From assembly GCF_963676685.1 (NCBI RefSeq), contig NC_092344.1, forward strand, positions 62,000,001 through 62,064,000: DNA of 64,000 nt. Direction: 5' to 3'. A model generated the notes under the pieces. It searched no databases and was not told where the DNA came from. It saw only the letters and a program-made list of their open reading frames with translations. The translations under genes and the position numbers were made by a program. Source of the DNA: Mytilus edulis. Lineage: Eukaryota. How positions within the stretch are numbered: the stretch's first letter is position 1; each line of letters opens with the position of its first letter. Shown here one piece after another: positions 37,708 to 49,817 of this stretch.

Positions 37708-40700
37708 TAATAGTAAATTTGAATTTCATGTTAATCGGCATGTTTTCTGTTTTTAGGATTATTTAAAAGAGATTAAAACATACAAAAAGTACAAAAAGTA
37801 CATTTAAAAACCAAAGGTCCGAAAAACAATCGTTTACAAAACATTGTATAGATGTATAAATGTCTAGGCTCCGTGTTGAAGATCGTACCTTGACCTATAT
37901 AATGGTTTACTTTTATAAATTGTAACCTGGATGGAGAGTTGTCTCATTGGCACTCATACCACATTTTTCTATATATAAAGATACATTTGTTTATATAACT
38001 TCAAACTGAGCAATACGAACCATATCAAAAACTTGGAGAGAAAATGGTTGTTCCAGAAGGGTACAGATGACCCCAGCTTTGTTCCAAAATATTTATAGTT
38101 CCCTTCATAGTTACTATTCATATAGGCCCATGTTTTTCAAAATAGTATAAATGATCGCGTTTAGTTATCAAATAGTTCGCTTCTATGTATGTTGGGGTTT
38201 GTTTTTGTTGCACTTCAGTGTTCCTGGAGTTCTTTTGTTAACTTCTCGTAGTTGATGTGTTTTCCTCGGATTTAGTTTATAACTCGGATTTGTTTTCACT
38301 CAATTGATTAATAAATTTTGAACACAGATATACTTCTGTTGCCTTCATTAAGGTTGTAAGGAACAAAGAAATTTGTTTTGCATTTCAAACATTTCAAATA
38401 CGTTTGCAGTGATCTGCCAGTCAAAAAAGAAGGAGTAAACAGGGGTTTTAGATATGTTATTTTTTCATACATACAGTTTGACATGTTTTACATTTCAATA
38501 TTTTTAGTAAGAGTTGCTGAACTGCTTGCTCATGATGTTTGATTACTCCTCTTGCAGGTTAAAACAGTACACGAACATTGTATTCGTTCACAATTTATTT
38601 CCTCCGTATAAAAGGATTACAACTTTTATTTAGAGGACAAGTTATATCAATATTGTTTGTCTCGCGTATAAATAGTATTATGTATCGGTCATTTTGGATA
38701 TTCAATCCATTCCAATGAAGGTATCTCGTGGTCAACGCAGTTGGTTTGGAATTACTATTTTGAAAATTCATGATTATAAAAAATAATTCGCCAAAAACCA
38801 GTGCATAGCCCTCAAGTATTATTAAAAGAAATGATCGGGAAAAGGTAAGAAGTATTATGTATCTTTAAAAAGATGTTCTATCATTCAACCGTTTGATCAT
38901 CATTTTCAACTTTATCGCATTTTGGGTGAACTTTTTCTATGCTGGGACGTATCATGAAATTTCCTTAAACGGATGAAAGAGTAGTGAATGTCAAATGTAA
39001 AAAGTGTGGGTGTCTTGTATATGATTTGACATATGATCAATCTTCTATGTGTGCCATCCGAAGACAGTAGTCTTTTGGTCAGTGGTTTTTGGTAGTTGCT
39101 GTATATCATATTTGTTTTCCGTTAATTATTTTGAACATACATCAGGCCGTAATTTTTCTCGTTTGAGTTTGTTATATATTTGTCAGTTCGATGCCTGTAT
39201 AGCTGATTATGCGTTATTGGTTTGACACATTATTGAAGGCCGTACAGTGACCTTTAAAATCTTTATTTTTATAGACAGCGTTATTTGAAATAAACTTTAA
39301 CAATTCAATAAGCATACTGTATATTAAAAGTACACCGCTTATTCATATCAATAGATGAAAAATAAATGTGTTGCATAATTCTTTTTTCAGATAACACAGA
39401 TAATTATAGGTATTTTAAGTTACTATCATAAAGGTGTGCACATGTCATGTGAATACTGCATAATAAAACAAGTTAGACCTATATAACACAATTGTCTTTA
39501 CTAAGAGGTGTAAAAAATTCGGCAAAGGGTATCCTCGAGGGTATCACTAGTGAAACGCATGATGAAACTACACAAAAAGTCATGTGTTATCTTACTAATA
39601 TAGAAAATGCCATGTCTGCATATTTTTAAATTATCACCAAAAATATATATGTATATGGCCAAAACGAAAAACGATAGATGGACAAACAATGTCTTTCTAC
39701 AAACGACTGAATAACGTACATAAACCTCATTAAAACCGGTGTCATCAGGAAGGGAAAGATGACCCTGTTCATCTAATGGCATCCGTCATGTCGTAAATTG
39801 TCAGTAAAAGTCGACGATATCTCGCAATCAATGGTGCCACGGTGAACCAGAACCTGAGGGCGACCGTAGAATTTTAATTTGAAGGAACACTTTTAAACTT
39901 TTACATTACATGTACGAACTGTTGGTGAAATCGCGTCCTTGTAAACAGCAACCTTTTTTCAGTAAAATACAAGCTATGGAAAAAAAAATGAAACATGATA
40001 TCTAATTGGTCTAATAAATATGATGTTTTTTATCAAGGGTTTCCGTCCGGTACGGGATTAGATTCTTAAGTAGGAGAGTGATAAAAGAAACCAACCAAGA
40101 CAGTAAAATATCCCGGAATATGTATGATTTTGAACACGTACCATGTCATTTAAACCATCTGATCCTTCAGTGAAAACACTTAGTAACCAAATTAGGATCT
40201 ATCAATAGGTTGTTGTATATATTAACTGGTTTCATATCTTATCAACTTTGAAAAAAGTTTGTTCAGAAAAATATACATATTGTTTTTGAGTAGTGGGTGG
40301 TGTGTTTTCCTGATTTTGTTTTTTATCTTAATTTTGCTTTATTCTTTATGTGTGCGGTTTATTAATTAATTTTTGTATTGCTATTAATTTGGGGGGGGGG
40401 GGGGGTAATTATTTTGTGTTATGGTGGTTTACTTATAATATGCATTTCTATTCTTTTACTTTTCGTTACGATAGGGGAAATTTGGCATTCAATCTCTGCT
40501 GTTGCACATTATAAAAATATACATATTATAATAACTTGGAATTGAGCACAAGTGGTTTTATCAAGTGTAAATAACATTAGATCAATTTAAAACTTTTAAC
40601 AATAACTTAACATAAAAATATATAACAAAGATAACTCTAAATTTAAATAAAATATAAACATTAATGGTTCGAGAGCAGTTTTACCACTATTCCTTCAAAT

Positions 40701-41146
40701 TTTTTATTACCGCATTTATGTTAGAAGTTCTAAAAGAGAACGATTTATGTTTACATTTATATATTAATATACAGTGTATGAATAAAAATACAATTATGAG
40801 AATAGTACATGTATGACAAAAGGAAGTAACAATATGCAATATGAAATAGTATAGTCTGTTGTAACCACACAGTAAGTAATACACATGTTTATTTTAGTTC
40901 AAAGAATATTTTGTATTTGATATCTTCATTTTAGTTCAAAGAATATTTTGTACTTGGTATCTTCTAAAACATGATAACATTTCTTACAAAGTTCTCTCTA
41001 TTCACAACAATTGTTTCAACTTATATCTTAAATGTGCCTTCATTGTTGAACGTATCATAGAGTACGTTTCTACATTTAAATTAGAAATTAATACTTTTAC
41101 TAATCGTTCTTCAATTCAGACAATTTTAAAGTATTCTGGAAATATC

Positions 41147-44100
41147 TCAGCACATTATAGCTTTTACGGTTCCTTTGATAAAAGCTCTACAGATTGGACA
41201 TCTTCTCAATGCTGGAGCACAGTTAATGCATGCAGCTATGTGACCACATGGGAGAAAAACAATGGCCACCGGTTCGTCTAGACAAATCTTACAGGTTTGT
41301 TGATCTTTTAAATTCCTGTTCTCCTCTTCCAGACTCCTGATAGATACTGAAAGTATAGCTTTACAATGAGATATGCTAGTAAAAAGATAAATCAGTTCAT
41401 ATTCATTCTACTAGTCCTTACTTGCACATAAAAATAGAAATGGTCAATGAAAACAAAATGTAATGGGTGAGATCGTTTTACCCAGGCCTACTTATCAAAT
41501 GGCTGATAACAAAATAATAAATTATCTTATTTATTTGTCTTGATTGTTACAAAAAATATCTAAAAACTGGGCAAATAATTGTATACAAACTTCTATCAAA
41601 TGGCGTCTAGTCACAACTTTTTCAATGATTTTCTATTTTTATTGTCTTGTGTTTTATATGTTTGTTTTGCGGGAATCCCTCTTATTTTAATGAATAGAAA
41701 TATACTCACATTCAAGTGTTGTGTCAATTTGCTCAATGGTGTCTGGTGTTTTGATGAAATGTTCTGTATCGTCTTCTTGTTTTTCTTGTGTTGTGCTATG
41801 ACTAGCAATAGTCTGCTCAGAGGAGGCATGTTGATTGTCACTCTCTTCTTTTTCACAAATGGTTTCTAATAATAGTGATGCTGTAACATCTGTAAAAACA
41901 AGTTTTTGCTTAGTTTACACATATTGGCAAGTAGCTAAGAACATAAATTTATGACAATTGTCTTCTTGTATTTGTTCACTCATATGACTACGATCACACT
42001 GTCAATGCACTATGTGTTGTCTTCTTACGCAATCATTGTGATTTTATGATAAATAGTTACATAACACAAAGATGGTAACTTTGTTAAAAAAAGACCCGTG
42101 TTTTATCTACAAAAGACTCATCAGTGATACACAAAACAAATGTAAACACGGTTAATCTAATTCCAATTCAACGATGTTGGTATTCTGTCGATGTAATATT
42201 ACCAGTACTATATGAAGCCTAAGGTATACATTCTAAAATGTCTTCATCTTTTTATGTAGATACCTGAATGACACAGAAATCATTGTGAGTAGTATAAATA
42301 TGTACATACCATGTATTCCGGATTCTTTTAATCTTGCATAGGCTGTCTTTACAACTGCACATTCGTAACCAAAGTCAAGAATGGTTTGTACTGCTGGATT
42401 ATTTGTGTATTCATTTAATCCACTAGGTGAATACTTGTGTTCTTTTTCAGCCACCTGAAATATTAAGCCAAACAAACGTCAATTGATGGAATCAACATTA
42501 AGATAAAAATGCAAAATATATGCATACAAATAAGATTGTGTTGTCTACGTTACATTAGCTTATTTTTCATAGCGTAATAAATTGAAGTGTCCACTGTTTG
42601 ATTTGTACTTACATTTTTAGTTATCTCTGGATTTTCCCCTTGTTGAACAGCCTCAATAAACTTCTCTCCCTTGCACTGTATAACAAATGGACACTTAGGA
42701 TACCATCGAGCATGTTCTGTCCAAGGCAAATCTCCTTCCTCCCATCTTCTTAGACCTCCTCCACAGAAAAAGCATCTGCAATGATCCTCGATACCTTAAT
42801 ATAAAGATTTAAAATTCATTGTTTCTATAATGTTAAATACGAAAATATTTGTTCTCGGAAAGGCAACGCGGAATCTTTATAAAACCGTATATAAACATAC
42901 CTCTCGTTTTTCGGACTTATTAAGATGCCTCTCCGTCTCAATCTTCAAAACCTGGAAAATAGTCTTAAAAAGATATTGATTGGAATAATGTTTCACGTTA
43001 AGTTTTAATATGTTTCTTAATCTTTATGTAATTTTTTAATATTGACAGCTTTATCCTTAGATATAAAACCGATACATAATAAGATTTAATAAAATTAAAC
43101 AACAGAAACTTACCGGTGTAAAAGAAACCTGCATTGATCAGTTCTTCTGGCGTTTGAGTCAAGTATAAAGGCCAGTTATCAAATGATGACAATCGAGTTG
43201 TCTTTATAGCAAATTTAGGATATTTAGGTTTTTCAAGACAAATGCCGATGCTCATTGGTGCCGTATTTGAAGCCGAAGATCGCGCAGTATTTTCAATTGC
43301 ATGTGTTGAAGTTAGTTGTTGGGCAACATTTGTCGCCGGTATGTGAATGAGACCAGTTGTGTTGTTTCTAGAGTAAACGGTTTGCGTTTGGTTCGTCTTT
43401 ATCTGTGAAGAAAAGTATTCTGCTCTTTCCCGCGGCATTGACGTTTCGGTATTTTCACGATTTCTGTCAACCGTAACAGAATTTTCACGATTCGTGACAA
43501 CTGTGAAAGTATTTTCATTATGAGCTCTTGATTCATTTCTATGTTGTTCTTTTACAAACGGATAATGTTTCTCATTGACCACTGATAAATTTTCAGAATC
43601 TGCAGCGTTTCCACATGCGCCTCCCGATGATGCATGTCCACCATATGTAGAATAAGTCCGCACATCATCTTGCTTTGAAATTTCACTTATATTCTTCATA
43701 ACAAACGGACATTTAGGTGCCTTTTGCTTGTGAATTAGTTTTGGATCATCTATTGGTTTCCAATCTTTATGTGTTAAGCCACAAAAATAGCAGGTAACTT
43801 CGTCTCCGTTTCCGTCATAGTAAAATCCAGCTCCGGCGAGTCGTATTACTGAATGACATGTCTGTGGGTACGATGCGAAACTTGATAATCTACACCATTC
43901 AAATTGCATAGCTTCCTTTTCACTACCCGAATGTTTCTGTTGATCCACAAATTTATGATATTCCTCAGGTTCCAACAAATACGTATTCAAAAACGTTTTT
44001 GGGTAGAAATGCAATGTTCTCACAAATCTTTGCAACCAGGCTTTACTTTTTGAAATAAAGTTAACCTCTTTTGCCATGTTAGGCTTCATTTGTTTATTCC

Positions 44101-44413
44101 TCATTTTATAACACGCCAAATGACTTTTCGTATATTTCTGTGATGCATCCATGAATTCGTTTTGAAATGTTTTGATACAAGCCATAACACAGCTAATTAT
44201 TGTAACAGCTGCTGCAAAGTTGGTTTTCAGTATTTCCTGTTTAATGAAAGTTTTCTCTGTGTCATCCTTGCTTGTGGCTGATGTTGTTGAATTCTCATCA
44301 TTTGTAAACTGACCATTTCTTATGTTCGAGTTGTCTATGTCAAGATGAATTACGTCCCTTTCAATTGCCTTGTCTTCTTGCTCTTCATTGTTTATAGGTA
44401 CTGCCATATCCAT
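41147..44413 (-). CDS. IAP-C: inverted paralog of IAP-B, ~668 aa; exons 44413-43114, 42794-42613, 42454-42310, 41889-41710, 41346-41147
   Basis: Same BIR-BIR-UBA-like-RING architecture, exon sizes 1300/182/145/180/200, GT-AG junctions in frame, TGA at 41147-41149. Confidence 0.93.
42091..42130 (-). repeat. Decayed hammerhead motif in IAP-C intron 3
   Basis: Reverse complement reads CACTGATGAGTCTTTTGTAGATAAAACACGGGTC, at the position equivalent to 12926-12969. Confidence 0.7.
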
Positions 44414-45455
44414 CCAAATAAGTTTTTCTACTTATAAAAAATACAAACCTTTATAAAGCAGGCAATTATTTTGTCGTGTATAATGTATGCATATACAAAA
44501 TAAATAGTATTTTAATTCTTTTCGGCATACATTTATATACAAATTTTACAGAGTCGCCAGTTTATTCTGGAAAACTAAAATGCTAAAACTGGTTTTATGC
44601 AGTATAAGTTAGAGTTATCTTTCTTTATATCTTATACAGTTGTTGAAAACGTGTAAATTCCATGTTGTATCTCCTCGTTTTTAGTAACTTCGTGTTTGTA
44701 ATGAGCCTTGAGATGAAAATCAATAAAAGTGTATATTATGCACAGTAAGAAATAACGCAGTTTGAAGTAATGCAGACAAGAAAGATTAAATCAGCCAGTT
44801 AAGTAAGCAAACGACAATGGTATAAGATTTCGTTCCTTTATTACTTAAAAGATCTACTCTGACAGTAATTTCGAACCTAATTATATTCACTTAAAATCAT
44901 AACCGTTAAAACAGATAAACCATTAATAACTAGCTTAAGATGGTAATGACAAAAATCAACACATTTACCATTAAACCAGTAATTTACGCTTTATTATTTT
45001 ATATTCCTATATTCTTACAGAACGATAGGTCATTCTTTCAGAGAATCAACCCGTAGGATTCCATGTTTCAATGACATATGCTTCAAGGCATAAAATAATG
45101 ACCTATTTGAGGTCTTTATTTTCCTTGATAGAATTGCAAACTTTAATTTACTTCAAAATTTAATTCGTAAAATAGAATGCTTATTCTGCAAATCTTTGTT
45201 GAAAATCATATTTCTTGTACGGTACATAAATCAAATACTAGTAATGCATATTTTAAAGTTTTACTTGTCGTAGAACACACCTCGGGTGTCAGGATTGCCC
45301 AAAGAAAGACCTCCCTACCGTCGGTCTTTCATTTGATGAACCCTGACACCCCTCGGTATATTATAATATATCAAATATATAACACTAGCTTATTTGACGG
45401 GGTTGTATTCATACAAATAAACTCATCATAGATACCAGGACTCATGTTTTCATAT

Positions 45456-45499
45456 ACGCCAGACGCGCGTTTCGTCTACAAAAGACTCGTCATTGACGC
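45456..45499 (-). ncRNA. Type I hammerhead ribozyme with core mutation (ATGACGA instead of CTGANGA), probably inactive
   Basis: Reverse complement: GCGTCA-ATGACGA-GTCTTTTGTAGAC-GAAA-CGCGCG-TC-TGGCGT. Confidence 0.65.
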
Positions 45500-45821
45500 T
45501 CGAATCCAAGAAAGTTTTAAAAGACCAAATAAAGTACGAAGTTGAAGAGCATTGAAGATTAAAATTACTAAAAGTTTTGCCAAATCCAGCTTAAGTTTTC
45601 TATGCCTGATGTAGAAAAGTCTTAGTATTTCAAAAATTCTAAATTTTGTAAACAGTTAATTTATGAATATAACCATATCAATGATAATTCATGTCAGCAC
45701 AAAAAGTGTTGACTACTGGGCTGATGATACCCTCGGGGAAATAAATCTCCACCAGCAGCGGCATCGACCCAGTGGTTGTAAATAAACTCATCATAGATGC
45801 CAGGACTAAAAATTTTCAATT

Positions 45822-45865
45822 ACGCCAGACGCGCGTTTCGTCTACAAAAGACTCATCAGTGCCGC
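45822..45865 (-). ncRNA. Type I hammerhead ribozyme, intact core
   Basis: Reverse complement: GCGGCA-CTGATGA-GTCT TTTGT AGAC-GAAA-CGCGCG-TC-TGGCGT. 4-bp stem II, palindromic stem III, GUC cleavage triplet, one G.G mismatch in stem I. Confidence 0.85.
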
Positions 45866-48729
45866 TCGAATCCAAAAAAGTTTAAAAGACCAAATAAAAT
45901 ACGAAGTTGAAGAGCATTGAGGATTAAAATTCCTAAAAGTTTTGCCACATCCAGCTAAAGTATTCTATGCCTGATGTAGAAAAGCCTTAGTATTTCAAAA
46001 ATTCTAAATTTTGTAAACAGTTAATTTATGAATATAACCATATGATGTTGCCAGCATGATGGCCATCGTATTCAGTCCAATGTTAAAGATCATCGTTAAA
46101 GTGTTTTACTTTAATGGTATTATGATGTAGTTCATATTTGCTCATTTAGTTTGAGTATATATGATTACGTGATTATTGACGTAATGTATAGTTCAATTTG
46201 GGTTGAGGGTTTTGGTTTTAAAAATATGATTTTATGAATAATCGAGTTCTATACTCATGATACTGAAGCATATTCTTACATTAGATATATACGGAATGTG
46301 TTGCATTCACAAAACATTTTAAACATTAAAACGTTTAAACGTTATTTTAAAGTAAAAATTGCATTTTTTTTTAATTCTAATGAACATCACAAATTTATTC
46401 AAAATTATTTAAACTTACCTTGATAATAAACAAGGAAGTAAAATTTAAAACTAGCACACGCTTGTTAGATTTGTTTATATAGTACTCATTTGACCTTGAA
46501 CTTGTTTACATGGTATTCTTCGTTTTTGCTGTAGTTTTCCAGAAGTATCGATTAATTTCTGGCTGCTTCGACATCGATGATTTTTCTTTAGTTAAACAAA
46601 AGCGATTTTTAAAAAGTGAGAGATGAAAAAACACTAAGAAAACTAACATGACTAGCTCAAACTGCAAAGGAAAATTCAAAACGGAGTCATTTCAGCTTTG
46701 TCTGCATCGCACAGTTAACCGAACAGAAAACAATGGTCATATTCCTGACTTAGCATATGCATTTCCATTTAAAGAAAAAGTGTACTAGTATTAAATCTGT
46801 AGACTTCGAATTTCACAATGTTCTGAGACAAAGTTACATATTAAAAAGCTACGATTTGATCACCTACTGGTTTATTTCAGGAAACAATTCTCATTGACAA
46901 TTTATGAGTACTGGTAAATTTACACGTTTTGATTGGAACATCCGAGACCATGACTTTACCTCATCTTGTTATTGGCAGATGAACCGTACTTGTAAAGTAA
47001 AGAAACTGAATACTACTGTTAGTCTAAGAATGGAGTTCATATGTATACATGCAAACAAAGAACAAAAAAGTCTATATCATATTTCGAATGTTTTTATGAT
47101 AGGTAAATGAGGGGTGAAAGATACCAGATGGACAGTCGAACTCATACATCGAAAATAAACTGACAACGGCATGGCTACAAAATTAAAAGACAAATAGACA
47201 AAAATAGTACACAAAAACTCGGGAGGATCTCAGGTAAATCCAATACGGGATTGGAAAGACAACAACAAAGTCATGTTCTTTTTAAACGAAATGAAGGAAT
47301 ACAAGTGAACAAGTTATTGTAACATGTGTGCATTTAACTAGAAGACCAGAGCATTTGCACCATAATTGGGTAAATAACGCCAAACTCGTTGCCGGTTATT
47401 ATGAATTAATTGAAATATTTAAAATAAGTTTCTAGTTATGGTTGTAAGGTTGTACAGTTAACAAAAAAAAATGAAAGTCATTATACATAAATACATATTT
47501 GTGTTTGTTTGAAAAAATAAGATACTTGATTTTTATTCATTTCATCTGTCTTTCCTTCATGTATATTTTGTTGTTATATCTAACCAAAATGCGATATATG
47601 AGAAGCTATATTCAACATAATTAACTTTGAGCATCTGTTAGCATAGCACGAATTACCTTGAAGTGAACGCGATATAGTCAATTGCAAATAAATAAATCCA
47701 AGTTGAATTCATGTTCTGTTTCTTCTTCGTTTGGACCGGATTTGTAAACAAATCTAATGGATAAAACATTGTTTAATCTTCTGTCATTTTCGTATCGAAA
47801 GGATAATATTTTTTTTATTTAGCTATTGACGTTATGAAAGTTCAGCAAAACTCAAACGCAAGGTTATATTTTAACCTTTTTAATTATACGGAAAAAATGC
47901 ATATAATTTAATACTTTTTCTTGAACGGTTGAATATGAAATGTATTGAATTGATAAACATGCGTCTGTCAGCATTTGTCTTCCATTAAATTAATCCGACA
48001 CTTCAAAACATTGGGGAAAAAACTTGCTACATATGGAAGTAACCTCTTCATAGATATATGGCTACACAACTCAAGTTAAAAAAAGAGTCAAATAAAGTAC
48101 GAAACCATAAACATAGCTAATGTAAACTTGAGAATGGAAATGGGGAATAAGTAAATAAAGGCAACAGTAGTATACCTCTGTTCGAAAGTCATATTTCGAT
48201 TGATAGACAAACAAAGCCTGGTTACAAACAAAAACCGAGGGAATCTAAATCTGGATTTGCCTTCATCTAATGTGACCTACAGAATTATACTATTTATTGG
48301 GTTTGTAATAAATTAAGCAACGCGACGGGTGCCACATGTGGAGCAGGATATGCTTGCCCTTCCGGAGCACCTCCAATCACTCCAAGTGTTTGGTGGAATT
48401 CGTTTTTCTAAGTCTTTAGTTTTTTATGTTGTGTCTTGTGTACTATGTCTTTTTGTCTTTTTTTCAACCATGGAGTTGTTAGTTTATTTTTATATATAAG
48501 TTTGACTGTCCTTCTAGCATCTTTCGCCTTCTTTTATACTTTTGAAATGTAGGGAAACACATTTAATTTTTTTTAAATACTAGCATCAAAATCGCTTAAA
48601 AAACACCAATTCAAAAGGAACAATCAAAAACTTATGTCGAAGACACAGAACGGCATCAAAGAAGACGATGATAAAAGAAAAAGCTCACAAAACACTCCAA
48701 AAACTATAGACTGAGCAACACAAACTCAA

Positions 48730-49012
48730 CAAGAATGTGTCCATAGTACACGGATGCCCCACTCCCACTGTTATTTTCTATGTTCAGTGGACCGTGAAAT
48801 TGGGGTCAAAACTTTAATTTGGAATTAAAATTAGAAAGATCATTTCATATTGAACATGTGTATTAAGTTTCAAGTTGATTGGACTTCAGCTTCATCAAAA
48901 ACTACCTCGACCAAAAACTTTAACCGGACGGACTAACGGAGGCACAGACGGACGGACGGAGGCACAGACTAGAAAACATAATGCCCCTCTACTATCTTAG
49001 GTGGGGCATAAA
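48730..49012 (-). mobile_element. HINE-like repeat copy
   Basis: Reverse-complement match to 13505-13915 and 58988-59448, including the GACGGACG microsatellite. Confidence 0.65.
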
Positions 49013-49817
49013 AAGCAACAACTACAATAAGAAGTTTTCTGACGATTTCGACCATGCAAACTTATTTGTAGATATTGTCTTGCTGATCTCCAAATACTTT
49101 AAAATCAGTAAAATATGAACAATGTTGAGTTTAGGGTGGTGTGAATCAGATGTGAAAAGAAAAAGACAGATCATGTTTGTAAATCACTCATTTTGATTCC
49201 AGCTCAAACTGAGATCTTCAGATGCTGGATTCTGTTTTATTTCAGTTTTTAAGCCAAAATAAAGTTTCCACTGTCATAAACAAAACATTGTTACAATCAA
49301 TCCTTTAGAACAAGACATCATTAATTCACTGATATCAACATTTTTGAGTCAAGACAGCTTTATGAAACCAGACATAAATTAACTGGCAAGGATAATATCA
49401 AGTAGAGCAACTGCAATCCCAGCTACTGATAAATAAAATATACATTTAAATTTTGGTTGAAACATAATTTTGCCCACATTACTTTCTATCATACAATAAA
49501 AGGGAATTAACTGTGAAATAAATTAGTTTTTCAACAAACGTAAATGTTTAATTTTTATAGTATAAAGTAGACAAATATGAAATCATAATCAATAATTCTT
49601 TTCATAGCACTTTATCATTATTGCACTTGTGTACTTATAGAGAATAATCATTAGAGTCTTGGTATCACTTCTGTTTTCAACCTCCTCTCACATCTTTTTC
49701 AACACTTGCCTCTTTAAAAATAGTACAACTGATGAGAAACATCACTCATGCATATTAAAATTGGTATTCAGTCTACCAATATAGTCTTATCCAAAACGTT
49801 GGTATTAAGTTAATTAA

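Larger units (their letters stand above)
45400..46043 (-). repeat. ~366-bp tandem array (~1.7 units), second retrozyme-like family
   Basis: TACGCCAGACGCGCGTTTCGTCTACAAAAGACTC recurs at 45455 and 45821. Shares a central box (CACTGGGTCGAT..TGCTGGTGGA..CCCCGAGGGTATCATCAGC..AGTAGTCA) with the 350-bp family. Confidence 0.9.
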
